A DNA stretch of 64,000 nt from an uncultured bacterium. Lineage in GTDB: Bacteria; Krumholzibacteriota; Krumholzibacteriia; WVZY01. Within the stretch, counting starts at the first letter, position 1; each line of letters begins with the position of its first letter. This document shows positions 9,194 through 18,469 of this stretch, piece by piece. A program made the translations under genes and the position numbers. Where the stretch lies: contig CAYXEN010000005.1 of the NCBI GenBank assembly GCA_964464035.1, positions 2,625-66,624 on the forward strand, written 5' to 3'. The notes under the pieces are model-generated. The model saw only the letters and a program-made list of their open reading frames with translations. It was not told the origin of the DNA and made no database searches.

Positions 9194-11260
9194 TCAAGGA
9201 TTTATAAGGACCAATTTTCTCGTATATGCCGCTCCATCGACTACGAGGCGGTAGAAATACACGCCGGAGGCGACGATTCTGCCCCGGTCGTCCGTTCCAT
9301 TCCATGGGTACGAGTATTCGCCGGGCGGCTGTATCCCTGAGAAGAAGCTCTTCACCTTGGCCCCCCTCACATCGAACATGTCTAGAGTGACATCGTGGTA
9401 TGAGGAAATGTCGTACTCTTCCCCGGGAGCGACCGGAGCCCCTTGGATTTCGTAGGTTATCGTCGTGGATCCGGACAGGCCGGGGCTGAAAGGGTTGGGA
9501 TGGTTCTGATGGAGCGAGGGCCTCCAGGGGACCTTGACTTGGGCCAGATCCGAGTAGCTCGATGCTTCCCCATGCACTTGCAAACGATATTGATATATTC
9601 CTCCGCCGATATCCCTGTCTACGAAGACATAGGGTTCGACGCCGTCGGCGAGAAAACCCTCCACGACCATGGTGAAGTCGCTCCATCGCCCTCCGGATAG
9701 CAGCTTGCGGCGGAGGAGATCCAGGGGGGTGCCGCCGGCGTACGGTGCCGTGATAGCAAGCTCGACTCCCTCGCCCAGAATCCTCCAGGTCATCCCTGCC
9801 CCTTCGACACCCGTAGAGCCGTTCAAGGCGGAGACATAGGCGTTCACGATGCCCCACCCGTAATCGTTGTCAGGACTGGAGGACCTCGAGGCTGCACTCT
9901 TCAGGGCATTGATCACGTCGACCGGCGTCCAGTATGGATGCATCTGGAGAAGAAGCGCGCATACGCCTCCCACCAGCGGAGTGGAGAGGCTGGTGCCCGA
10001 TACTCTAACGAATCCCGTCGAATCCCAAGCCGCGGCGGCCAAGACGACCAATCCCTGGGCTACGACATCGGGCTTTATCCTCCCGTCGTACGACGGCCCG
10101 CGCGAACTGAAAGAAACCACGACTCCATTGGAATCCACCGCCCCGACCGCTATGACGCTGTCCCCGTCCGAGGGTGCGATTATCCCGGGCCAGGGAAGAG
10201 GTCCCTCGTTACCCGCCGCCGTGACCACGGTTATCCCCCTCCCGGCGGCCAGGTCCGCAGCCCTCGTGGTGACGGCGGTATTGCCGTCCATATCGGCGTA
10301 CGTGTACCAATCGAAATAACCGAGTGAACTGCTGACGACCTCGGCTCCGATGCTGTCGGCCCACTCGATGCCTCTCACCCAGTCGTCCTCCTCCACCTGG
10401 ATCTCCTTGTCTATCTGCTCCGTCTTGCCGAGAATGAAGCTGGCGCCCCACGCGGGACCGATGAGATGCCCGGGGGCGTACCCGCCGAGGGCGGACAATG
10501 TATAGGTGCCATGGTTGTGCTGGCCGGTGGGATCACCCGGTTGATCAGACGTTATGCTGTCGTTGTTGACGAAATCGTATTCGGCGATTACGTCCAGGCC
10601 GGCAAGAGCCATGTGGCGCCGATTGAACCCCGTGTCCAGCATCGCAACGAGTACACCTTCGCCGTGAACCCCGCTTTGATGGAGTGGAATGACGTTTATG
10701 AGATCGAGCTGCTTGAAACTCGGCCCGTAGAAAGAGTCCTGAGCGGCGGCGCGCCCGGGGCTTCGAGTTCCTCCCGTCGGCTCTTCGACCGCCGGCCATA
10801 TCCTGCGGTGGAAAGTATGCACCTTCCCTATCTTGCGAACGAAGTCGAGCCTGACCAGCTCTTGCAACTGGGAGGGGGTGACGATCGCACTCACCGCGTT
10901 GAAGTACTTGCTTGTCTTTCTGACCTTGCATCCGATGCGCTTGATCTCTTCTATGTAGCGGGGAGCGGGAGGAAGGTCGTGGACGTCGCGCAAGGGGCCG
11001 CGCGACCTGTTGAGCCGCCTGCGCAGGGCGTGCTCCGTCAGTTCGACTCCCTCGATCATCGATCGCAAGTCTGAAGGGCTCTTCTCTCCGTGGTCCTTGA
11101 AGTATATCCAGACTTTGATCGGTCGAAATCCGTCCGCGGCGAGGATCCCCTTCAACTCGGGTGTCATCTTCCCAGGTTCGTATGGAGTGGGCTTGAGCTC
11201 CGAGGCGAGAGCCAGCGCGGCACCCAGGCATAACAGAATGATGAAGGAAGTCTTTCTCAT
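9194..11260 (-). CDS. Subtilisin-like serine protease (peptidase S8) with T9SS C-terminal sorting domain
   Basis: Signal peptide MRKTSFIILLCLGAALALAS. S8 motifs VAMLDTG, HGTYT, GTSLSTPLVGG. N-terminal I9-inhibitor-like region. C-terminus …VASGVYFYRLVVDGAAYTRKLVLINP. Confidence 0.85.
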   Translation of the reverse strand: MRKTSFIILLCLGAALALASELKPTPYEPGKMTPELKGILAADGFRPIKVWIYFKDHGEKSPSDLRSMIEGVELTEHALRRRLNRSRGPLRDVHDLPPAPRYIEEIKRIGCKVRKTSKYFNAVSAIVTPSQLQELVRLDFVRKIGKVHTFHRRIWPAVEEPTGGTRSPGRAAAQDSFYGPSFKQLDLINVIPLHQSGVHGEGVLVAMLDTGFNRRHMALAGLDVIAEYDFVNNDSITSDQPGDPTGQHNHGTYTLSALGGYAPGHLIGPAWGASFILGKTEQIDKEIQVEEDDWVRGIEWADSIGAEVVSSSLGYFDWYTYADMDGNTAVTTRAADLAAGRGITVVTAAGNEGPLPWPGIIAPSDGDSVIAVGAVDSNGVVVSFSSRGPSYDGRIKPDVVAQGLVVLAAAAWDSTGFVRVSGTSLSTPLVGGVCALLLQMHPYWTPVDVINALKSAASRSSSPDNDYGWGIVNAYVSALNGSTGVEGAGMTWRILGEGVELAITAPYAGGTPLDLLRRKLLSGGRWSDFTMVVEGFLADGVEPYVFVDRDIGGGIYQYRLQVHGEASSYSDLAQVKVPWRPSLHQNHPNPFSPGLSGSTTITYEIQGAPVAPGEEYDISSYHDVTLDMFDVRGAKVKSFFSGIQPPGEYSYPWNGTDDRGRIVASGVYFYRLVVDGAAYTRKLVLINP

Positions 11261-11414
11261 CGGACGGATACCCTTTCGGGAGACTAAAGCACAATTTTAC
11301 CACATCATGCCATTAATCGCAAGTCTTATAATGGATTACGCCGCTCACGGCCCGAGGTTCGACGAACCGGCGAGAAGGTGGGTTGTTTTGAGCGTAAGTC
11401 TTTGCAAAGCCTTG

Positions 11415-12467
11415 CTATAGCTCGCTAGCGACCGCCTCGGCCACTTCCAGGGTCGAATCACTGCCGCCCATGTCGTACGTCTTGTGAACGCCGTCGCGGA
11501 TCACCTTGGCGATGGCACCTTCGAGCCTGGCAGCCGAATCGGGCTCACCGAGCCACTTCAACATCAGGGAAACGGCCAGGAACATGGCCATGGGATTGAC
11601 CTTGTACTGGCCCGCGTACTTGGGAGCGGATCCATGGGTGGGCTCGAAGACCGCCATGTCGTCTCCGATGTTCCCGCTCGAAGCGAAACCCAATCCGCCG
11701 ACCAGTTGGGCCGCTTCGTCGGATATGATGTCGCCGAAGAGATTCGTAGTCACTATGACATCGTATTTCTGGGGATTCTTTATCAACCACATGGCCATTG
11801 CATCCACGTTGGCCGTCTCCCACTCGATGTCGGGATACTGCGCGGCGACTTTCTCCGCCTCTTCGAGGAACAATCCGCACGTCTTTCTCACCACGTTGGC
11901 CTTGTGGACCACGGTCACTTTCTTGCGCTTGTGCTCTCTGGCGAACTTGAAGGCCGCCTCGATGATCCGCCTGCAACCCTTGCGGGTGAAGACGCGCAAC
12001 GACACGGCCGTATCCTCTCCCGCGAAATCAGCCATTCCTTCCAGCCGGCTGATTTCCTCCGGAATCGGGTGGAACTCAACTCCGGCGTACAGCCCTTCCG
12101 TGTTCTCGCGAAACACCACTATGTCGATGTCGTCCCGGTAGTTGAGCGGATTGCCCTCGAAGGCCTTGCACGGCCGGAGATTCGCATAAAGCTCGAAAAG
12201 CCTGCGCAGGCGAACGATGGGACTGCGATACCCCTTCACATGGGGTTTCGACGTGATCGCCCCGAAGAGAGCGCAATCCACATGCTCGAGGATATCGATC
12301 GTGGCCTGAGGAAGAGCATCACCGTATTTTTCCCAGCACTCCCAGCCGATCTCCGCGTCCACGTACTCGGCGTCCAGGGCCAGGGATTCCAGCACTATCC
12401 CCGCGGCCTCCATCACGTCTATGCCGATGCCGTCGCCGGGGAGTCTTGCTATCTTGTATTTCGCCAT
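11415..12467 (-). CDS. Isocitrate / 3-isopropylmalate dehydrogenase family protein
   Basis: 350 aa. MAKYKIARLPGDGIGIDV…NLFGDIISDEAAQLVGGLGFASSGNIG is the fold signature of beta-decarboxylating dehydrogenases. It sits directly upstream of sucDC, which hints at a TCA IDH, but leuB cannot be excluded. Confidence 0.8.
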   Translation of the reverse strand: MAKYKIARLPGDGIGIDVMEAAGIVLESLALDAEYVDAEIGWECWEKYGDALPQATIDILEHVDCALFGAITSKPHVKGYRSPIVRLRRLFELYANLRPCKAFEGNPLNYRDDIDIVVFRENTEGLYAGVEFHPIPEEISRLEGMADFAGEDTAVSLRVFTRKGCRRIIEAAFKFAREHKRKKVTVVHKANVVRKTCGLFLEEAEKVAAQYPDIEWETANVDAMAMWLIKNPQKYDVIVTTNLFGDIISDEAAQLVGGLGFASSGNIGDDMAVFEPTHGSAPKYAGQYKVNPMAMFLAVSLMLKWLGEPDSAARLEGAIAKVIRDGVHKTYDMGGSDSTLEVAEAVASEL

Positions 12468-12515
12468 TCGATTTCTCCTTCCCGCCGTACGACGCGTGAG
12501 CGCCCGCCGCAGACT

Positions 12516-13394
12516 TCAATCCAGGGGTTCGATCCCCTCTTGCTCAAGGAGGCGGGGTATATCGAGAAAAGTCTCGGCGACCAGCGCCCCGGCTTTTTCC
12601 AGGATCTCCAGCTTGGCCTTCGCCGTGCCCATGGACCCTTCGATTATCGCCCCCGCGTGTCCCATCCTCTTGCCGGCCGGAGCATGGAGCCCGGCCACCA
12701 TCGCTATGACGGGTTTGCCCATCCCTCGCAGCACGTCGACGCACTGCTCCTCGTAGACGCCGCCGATCTCACCGATCAGAACGACGGCCTCGGTCTCCTC
12801 GTCTTCGTCGAAGAGCGCGAGAATCTCCGCGAACGTGCTCCCCAGGACGGGATCTCCACCCAGGCCGACGCAAGTAGTCTCACCGTAACCCGCACTCGTG
12901 AGGGTGTCGGCCACGTAATACGTGAGGCTGCCGGAGCGTGAGACTGTACCGACCTTGCCCCGCTTGAAAGCTATGTCGGGTATGATCCCGACGTTCGCCC
13001 TGCCGGGACTGATAATCCCGGCGGTATTGCCCCCCACTACCACGGTCCCGCTTGCCGAAGCCTCCTTGCGGATCATGAGCATGTCCTGGATCGGGATGTG
13101 TTCGGGAACTATGACTATCAACTCTATGCCCGCGTGGATCGCTTCGACCGCCGCGTCGAAAACGGCGCCGGCGGGCAGAAACACTACGGACACGTCGGCT
13201 CCGGTCGCCTGAACCGCTTCAGTCACGGTATCGAAGACCGGCACTCCACAGACCTCTTCCCCCCCTTTTCCGGGGGACGTCCCGCCCACGATGCGGGTCC
13301 CGTACGCGAGCATCCTCTCGGTGTGAAACCTTCCCGCGCTTCCCGTGACGCCCTGCACGAGCACTTTCGAATTCTCGTCTATCAGAATGGCCAT
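12516..13394 (-). CDS. sucD: Succinyl-CoA synthetase alpha subunit
   Basis: [33 protein letters not shown]…, CoA-binding and ligase-CoA domains, 292 aa. Confidence 0.9.
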   Translation of the reverse strand: MAILIDENSKVLVQGVTGSAGRFHTERMLAYGTRIVGGTSPGKGGEEVCGVPVFDTVTEAVQATGADVSVVFLPAGAVFDAAVEAIHAGIELIVIVPEHIPIQDMLMIRKEASASGTVVVGGNTAGIISPGRANVGIIPDIAFKRGKVGTVSRSGSLTYYVADTLTSAGYGETTCVGLGGDPVLGSTFAEILALFDEDEETEAVVLIGEIGGVYEEQCVDVLRGMGKPVIAMVAGLHAPAGKRMGHAGAIIEGSMGTAKAKLEILEKAGALVAETFLDIPRLLEQEGIEPLD

Positions 13395-13436
13395 CGATCC
13401 TCCCTGATTGCAGCCCTTCGGCTCGCCCCAATGAAC

Positions 13437-14672
13437 TCACTCGCCGGAGTCGGGACGCGAACGTGCAACTGCTATCGCCTCCCTCGCCACTTCTTCGATC
13501 GGCGTTTCGATGCCGTATATCCGTACCCTCTCGAAGATTTCCGGATGAGCTTTCTTTTCCTCTTCGAATATGGCCAGCCCCTCACGCCACATGTTGCCCG
13601 TCATCCTCATCACCATGGGCTTGCTCAGGCCGTGTTCCTTCAGAAACTTGACCACTCCCTTGGCGAAATCGTCGCAGCGCGAAATACCCCCGAAACGGGC
13701 TCCGAAGATGGCCTTCACCCCGGGATTCTCATCGAGGAGAACGAGCATCTTGGCGATTCTCTCCGGGGAAGGCCCTCCTCCGCTGTCCATGAAATTCGCC
13801 GGCCTGCCGCCGTAATGAACGATGAAATCGTTGCCCATTATCCCGAACCCCGCCCCGCCGGGGAACATGCCGATATCGCCGTCGAGGTCGAGGTAGGGGA
13901 TTCCCCATTCCCTAGCCTGTTTCTCCCTCGGCGTGAGGCTGCCCTCCTCGTGGCGATCCTCCAGTTTGAGAGCGGCCAGTCGCTTCTGCCTGAAGAGGGC
14001 ATCGTCGTCCACGCTCATCCTCGCGTCCGCGGCTACGAGCTCGCCCTCGGTGGTCAGGACCAGCGGGTTGATCTCGAGAAGTTTGGCGTCGTAACGCCTG
14101 AACATCGAGATCAGTCTGCCCGCTATCGCGGAAAAAGCCTTCAACTCCTTGCCCCTGAATCCCACCGCCTTGCCGAGGGATACCCCCAGGAAATTGAAGA
14201 AACGCTGATCGGGATCCAGGTCGCAGCGGATAACGCTGGCCGGGTCCTTTCTCGCCGCTTCCTCGATGTCAACGCCGCCCGAAGCGCTCGCCATGATGGT
14301 TTGCTTGTACATCTTGCGATCTATCGTTACACCGAGATAGAACTCTTTTGCGATGGCCAGCTTCTTCTCGGCGAGAACCGCGCTCACGGGATACCCTTTT
14401 ATCTCCTTCGCGAACAACTCAGCGGTACCGGAAGCCGCTTGTTCCAAATCGTCGGCGAAAAGGATGCCGCCCGCCTTGCCTCTGCCACCGGTCAGCACTT
14501 GTGCTTTCAGCACGACCGGGAAAGGGGCGCCCTCGAGGGCACCCGTCGCATCCTCGGGTTTCCTCATGAGAATCCCTTCCAGACAGGGGATTCCCTCCTT
14601 GCGGAAGAGTTCCTTCACTTCGTACTCGAAAAGTCTCACTGTATCATCTCCTGGAGGATCGATTGGAAGCAA
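13437..14672 (-). CDS. sucC: Succinyl-CoA synthetase beta subunit (ATP-grasp)
   Basis: …RLFEYEVKELFRKEGIP… ATP-grasp N-terminal domain, followed by sucD with a 42-nt gap. 411 aa. Confidence 0.85.
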   Translation of the reverse strand: MLPIDPPGDDTVRLFEYEVKELFRKEGIPCLEGILMRKPEDATGALEGAPFPVVLKAQVLTGGRGKAGGILFADDLEQAASGTAELFAKEIKGYPVSAVLAEKKLAIAKEFYLGVTIDRKMYKQTIMASASGGVDIEEAARKDPASVIRCDLDPDQRFFNFLGVSLGKAVGFRGKELKAFSAIAGRLISMFRRYDAKLLEINPLVLTTEGELVAADARMSVDDDALFRQKRLAALKLEDRHEEGSLTPREKQAREWGIPYLDLDGDIGMFPGGAGFGIMGNDFIVHYGGRPANFMDSGGGPSPERIAKMLVLLDENPGVKAIFGARFGGISRCDDFAKGVVKFLKEHGLSKPMVMRMTGNMWREGLAIFEEEKKAHPEIFERVRIYGIETPIEEVAREAIAVARSRPDSGE

Positions 14673-14736
14673 GAGGGGCTCATCTGCATGCGCCCCTCTT
14701 TTTCTTTCGTTTCCTGAAAAACTGTTTTCCGGTCTT

Positions 14737-16068
14737 CTATCTTATTATGATCAACTTGCCGTAGAGACTCTCTCCCTTGCTGTCCTCGATCTTGAAGATA
14801 TACACTCCGGAAGCCACTTCCTCCCCGCTCCTGTTCCTCGTGTCCCAGGCGATGTTTCCGGAGGTGCTGTGGTGATCGATCTCCCATACGAGATCTCCCG
14901 CGGTGGTATAAATGGACAGCTTGCAGTCGGAAGGTACGTTGACGAACCTGACCTTGTTGTCGGGGTAGTTGTGATAATTCGGGGTGGTATATGCGCTCCC
15001 GCCGGTCCTGAATGGATTCGGAACGACGTAGATCTTGCGGAGATTGTCTTGAGGTTGCACCTGGATATCGACCCTCGTGAACATGTCCGGGCAAGGAAGA
15101 GTCCTCATCACCGTCGCGGTATCGGGATCCATGTTGCAATAGGCGAAACTGTCGATCTTGAAGAGCCCCTGTCTCCGCGAACTTATATTGTAGCCGCGAT
15201 CGAACGTAGACACGGCGTATCCATAGGAAAACCCGTTGAAAGCATTGTAATCCACCCAGAAGAACTCATCGTCCCCCAGCGGCATGTCCAGCCTTCGGTT
15301 TTGATTCGTCGAAATGCATATGACACCCGGATCGAAGAAAAATGATCCGTTCCTGCGCAGTTCCGGCACGATGCCGTAGAAATACAATGAATCGCAGAAA
15401 GACCCGGCGAAGGCTTCTTCCTTGGATACCTCTCCTATGATCTCGATATCTTCGAGGTTACCAGAATCGTCGTATACGCCCCGCCATATGTGAAAACCTT
15501 CGAAATCCTCGCAGCCGACAAAGAACACACCGTTGCTGTCCACTATGCCGGGGCTGAAACTGAGATCGATTCCGAGATCCAGCGTGTCGCCGGAGACTTG
15601 ATTGATGAAAAGCCAATCGATCGTATCGCCGGGATTATAATATGAGGCACCGATATCGATGATATTACGCCAGTTTTCCTCTCCCTGGATCTCGTACTGA
15701 ATCATTATGGACGCCGAATCTCCCAGCACTCCATAATTCAAGGCCCTGGCGACTATCGTTATGTCACGGTCGCCATTGTACGCCCCGGAGGTGCGCGGAA
15801 CGGAAAGAAGGGAATCCGGTGTCACGACTCCCCATTCACTGAGATCCGGAGAATGAACAAGCGCTCCCAGACTGTCGGGGATGCCCTTGAAAGTAAGGTA
15901 CACGATATAATTGCCGGTCGACGCGACACCGGTCGTATTCAAACTTACCAACTGCGGATTGTACAGGATCAATGTATCCTGGTTTGCAGCAGCTAAGGAA
16001 ATACAAGGGATCAAGAGCAGCAGGAAGAGAAGCAGCAATCCCTTGCCCTCCCTGGGTAAAAAGAACAT
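14737..16068 (-). CDS. Secreted hypothetical protein with T9SS C-terminal sorting domain
   Basis: Signal peptide MFFLPREGKGLLLLFLLLLIPCISLAAA. C-terminus …TRNRSGEEVASGVYIFKIEDSKGESLYGKLIIIR. Confidence 0.55.
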   Translation of the reverse strand: MFFLPREGKGLLLLFLLLLIPCISLAAANQDTLILYNPQLVSLNTTGVASTGNYIVYLTFKGIPDSLGALVHSPDLSEWGVVTPDSLLSVPRTSGAYNGDRDITIVARALNYGVLGDSASIMIQYEIQGEENWRNIIDIGASYYNPGDTIDWLFINQVSGDTLDLGIDLSFSPGIVDSNGVFFVGCEDFEGFHIWRGVYDDSGNLEDIEIIGEVSKEEAFAGSFCDSLYFYGIVPELRRNGSFFFDPGVICISTNQNRRLDMPLGDDEFFWVDYNAFNGFSYGYAVSTFDRGYNISSRRQGLFKIDSFAYCNMDPDTATVMRTLPCPDMFTRVDIQVQPQDNLRKIYVVPNPFRTGGSAYTTPNYHNYPDNKVRFVNVPSDCKLSIYTTAGDLVWEIDHHSTSGNIAWDTRNRSGEEVASGVYIFKIEDSKGESLYGKLIIIR

Positions 16069-16091
16069 CGCGTTATTCCTCCTTAAGTATG

Positions 16092-18377
16092 CTATTTATG
16101 AGGTAATTGCCACTCCCCGAACAGAATCACATCAAGAGCCTGCTTTATCTTGTCGTGATCGAAATAGTAAGGCTCGAATCCCCAGAGCGCACTCCTTGCA
16201 GGAATACCGTTCGGAGGGACGACATCCGCGTAAGTGGAGGTCCATGTAGCTACTATGGTATTGTCGACAACGGAGTTAGGATTCATCGTCATTTGCCTGA
16301 ACATGGGCTGCATGCAACTCCTCGGTCTCTTCTTGTAAGTGATCAGAGCGGTGTCACACGCGAAGTAGCGAGGGTTGTAGAGCTCAGTGGAGTATCCGAC
16401 ATTCTCATAGAAGTACCCCGGCTGCGTGACGATGGGATCCAGAGGTATCGAATCGGGGAATTGATAGCCGTTGTAATCGTTGTAGTCGTCCCTTATCGCT
16501 ACCTTCATCCCGTCCTCCTCGATCGATCGCCTGCCGACAGGGCAGAAATCGCTTCGGTATTGAACGGCCGAAGCCGATACGTCCAGGACATCGAGACAGA
16601 ACTCGTTGTACGCGAAGGATGTCGACCCGATGGGGCCGTCACGATAACTGCCATCCTGATCGCCGCCGGACTCGTAGAGCAGAATGAGGGGGAACTTGGC
16701 GCCGGACGAGCTCAAGAAATAGCTGCGATTTACGCTCATGGACATGGGCTCGGTACCGCAGATCAGGACGTGTCCGCCGGCAGCCATGAAGAGTGAAAGC
16801 ATGTTCGGCTGCACCTTGCCCCCTCCACCGGTATCCGACGGTTTCTTGAACTTGATAAGCTGGTAGAGCATCGTCACAGTGTTGAGCGCGTTGTGCTTCC
16901 CCATAACGTCCCAAATAATGGATTTATACTTCGCAATCTGTTCGATCGGCAGGTCGGAAGACCTGTCGACCTCTATCATATCGGTCAAGGGATCGAACGT
17001 GCTCACGTCTTGAAGCATTTGCAGCCAGAAAGCATCGTGCTCTTCATCGTTCGGAATGGCTCCCTTTGTTTCGGTTATCCCCAGCCCGTCCAAGAAGTCG
17101 TCCACCATGAGCAGGTCCTTCGTCATGGTGAAAGGTATGATGTTCACCTTGAAGCCGACCCGGGTTTTCAGGCCGGAGTTGTCGATCACCTCGACGTGGA
17201 AAGTATGGCTGCCGAAGAAGAAGGTGCGCGGAGGCGAATAGGCATAGGTTCCGACGAAGTTGGTGAAATCGATCTCCCAATCCTCGTCGTTGTTGGGATC
17301 CACTACGTCCCACCCATACCTGTAACCCACGACCAGCCCCCCGTAATAATCCGCCGATGCGCTCCACTTGAATTGCAACGGGACCCCTTCGGGAAGATCG
17401 AAAATGACAAGAGGCGTGGAGACACTTGCACCTGATAGGTTTCCCACGAAACGATTGAAGACGGTCAGTATCGGCCCGGTGCTCATGTGGGCGGCGAGAA
17501 TCCTCCTCACGTTGTGCGCTTCATCGAAGGTGGATGTAACGGCGCCGGCTTCATCCTTGGCCTGGACCGCGAAGATATAGTTCTGGCCTATATCCATCGT
17601 GGGCGAGACGGCGAATTTGCCCGAATCCCCCGGGGCCTTGTATGGAATCCAGCCGGTGGGCCATCTGTCGGATACCGAAGTCCAGGAGCTATCGGGAGCA
17701 TGCCTTATGTAATCGACTGTTTCGTCGAAACTGTGGTTGATAAGGGGCGTGAGAATCCATCTTACCGAGTCGGGATCCTGCGTCCTGCTCAACTGATCTA
17801 TGTAATCGCGGGCCGTCCACTTGAAAGTCGTAATAGGCGGGACCATCGCAGGACTGGCCGGGCCGGTCTTGGTCGGAACCAAGATGTCTACGGTGGGGGA
17901 AAGGGTCCTCGCAGTGAAAGTGCGGTACACTATCTTGTCGTTCGAAGTGATGGCGCCGTGATCGTCCACCGCGCGTATGAAGAAGGTATGAGATCTTCGG
18001 AATTCGGCTACCCAGTCCGGATTTGTCGTATCGGCCGGCAAATCAGCTGAAAACACGAAGGTCGAATCGTTCGACGAGACGTTCTTCCACAAGCTGTCCC
18101 TTTCGAACGACTCGAACAAGGCGTCATTGATCACGATTCCTTCCGGCGGGTTGTTTGTAATCACGTACTGAAAATGCGAAATGACCCCGTCAGGGTCCCA
18201 ACCACCCCAGTACAAGTGGATGAAATAGCTGTTTACCGAACCTTCCGGAGGAGCGCTGGAAAGCCAAACCTCAGGCGGCTCGTTGGTGTACTGCTCGCCG
18301 GAAAAATTCTCCAGGCAGCCCGTGGCCAAAGCCGCCAGGGCAGCTGCGATAAACACAAGGATCGTGATCTTTTTCAT
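16092..18377 (-). CDS. Large lipoprotein, paralog of the adjacent gene (unknown family)
   Basis: ORF 16092..18518. Start set at MKKITILVFIAAALAALATGC (lipobox LATGC) at 18377. The N-terminal domain YFIHLYWGGWDPDGVISHFQYVITNN…FFIRAVDDHGAITS is shared with the next gene. A GATase1/ThuA-like segment (LLMVDDFLDG…IIWDV…GGHVLICG) is present. Confidence 0.55.
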   Translation of the reverse strand: MKKITILVFIAAALAALATGCLENFSGEQYTNEPPEVWLSSAPPEGSVNSYFIHLYWGGWDPDGVISHFQYVITNNPPEGIVINDALFESFERDSLWKNVSSNDSTFVFSADLPADTTNPDWVAEFRRSHTFFIRAVDDHGAITSNDKIVYRTFTARTLSPTVDILVPTKTGPASPAMVPPITTFKWTARDYIDQLSRTQDPDSVRWILTPLINHSFDETVDYIRHAPDSSWTSVSDRWPTGWIPYKAPGDSGKFAVSPTMDIGQNYIFAVQAKDEAGAVTSTFDEAHNVRRILAAHMSTGPILTVFNRFVGNLSGASVSTPLVIFDLPEGVPLQFKWSASADYYGGLVVGYRYGWDVVDPNNDEDWEIDFTNFVGTYAYSPPRTFFFGSHTFHVEVIDNSGLKTRVGFKVNIIPFTMTKDLLMVDDFLDGLGITETKGAIPNDEEHDAFWLQMLQDVSTFDPLTDMIEVDRSSDLPIEQIAKYKSIIWDVMGKHNALNTVTMLYQLIKFKKPSDTGGGGKVQPNMLSLFMAAGGHVLICGTEPMSMSVNRSYFLSSSGAKFPLILLYESGGDQDGSYRDGPIGSTSFAYNEFCLDVLDVSASAVQYRSDFCPVGRRSIEEDGMKVAIRDDYNDYNGYQFPDSIPLDPIVTQPGYFYENVGYSTELYNPRYFACDTALITYKKRPRSCMQPMFRQMTMNPNSVVDNTIVATWTSTYADVVPPNGIPARSALWGFEPYYFDHDKIKQALDVILFGEWQLPHK

Positions 18378-18469
18378 TGCTCTTCCCTGCCTTTTTGAGA
18401 CTCGGTGTGACCTCATCTCTTCATAGTATCTCCCGCTTCTACCGAAGCCGCCGCGCCCGGCACGAAGCA

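Noticed and set aside
9147-9857. 236-aa minus ORF overlapping the 3' end of the S8 protease gene
   Set aside because: Alternative frame of a well-supported gene. Extremely Arg-rich.
11484-14717. Plus-strand ORFs 11484..12941 and 13098..14717
   Set aside because: Antisense to IDH/sucD/sucC. No motifs. Composition artefact.
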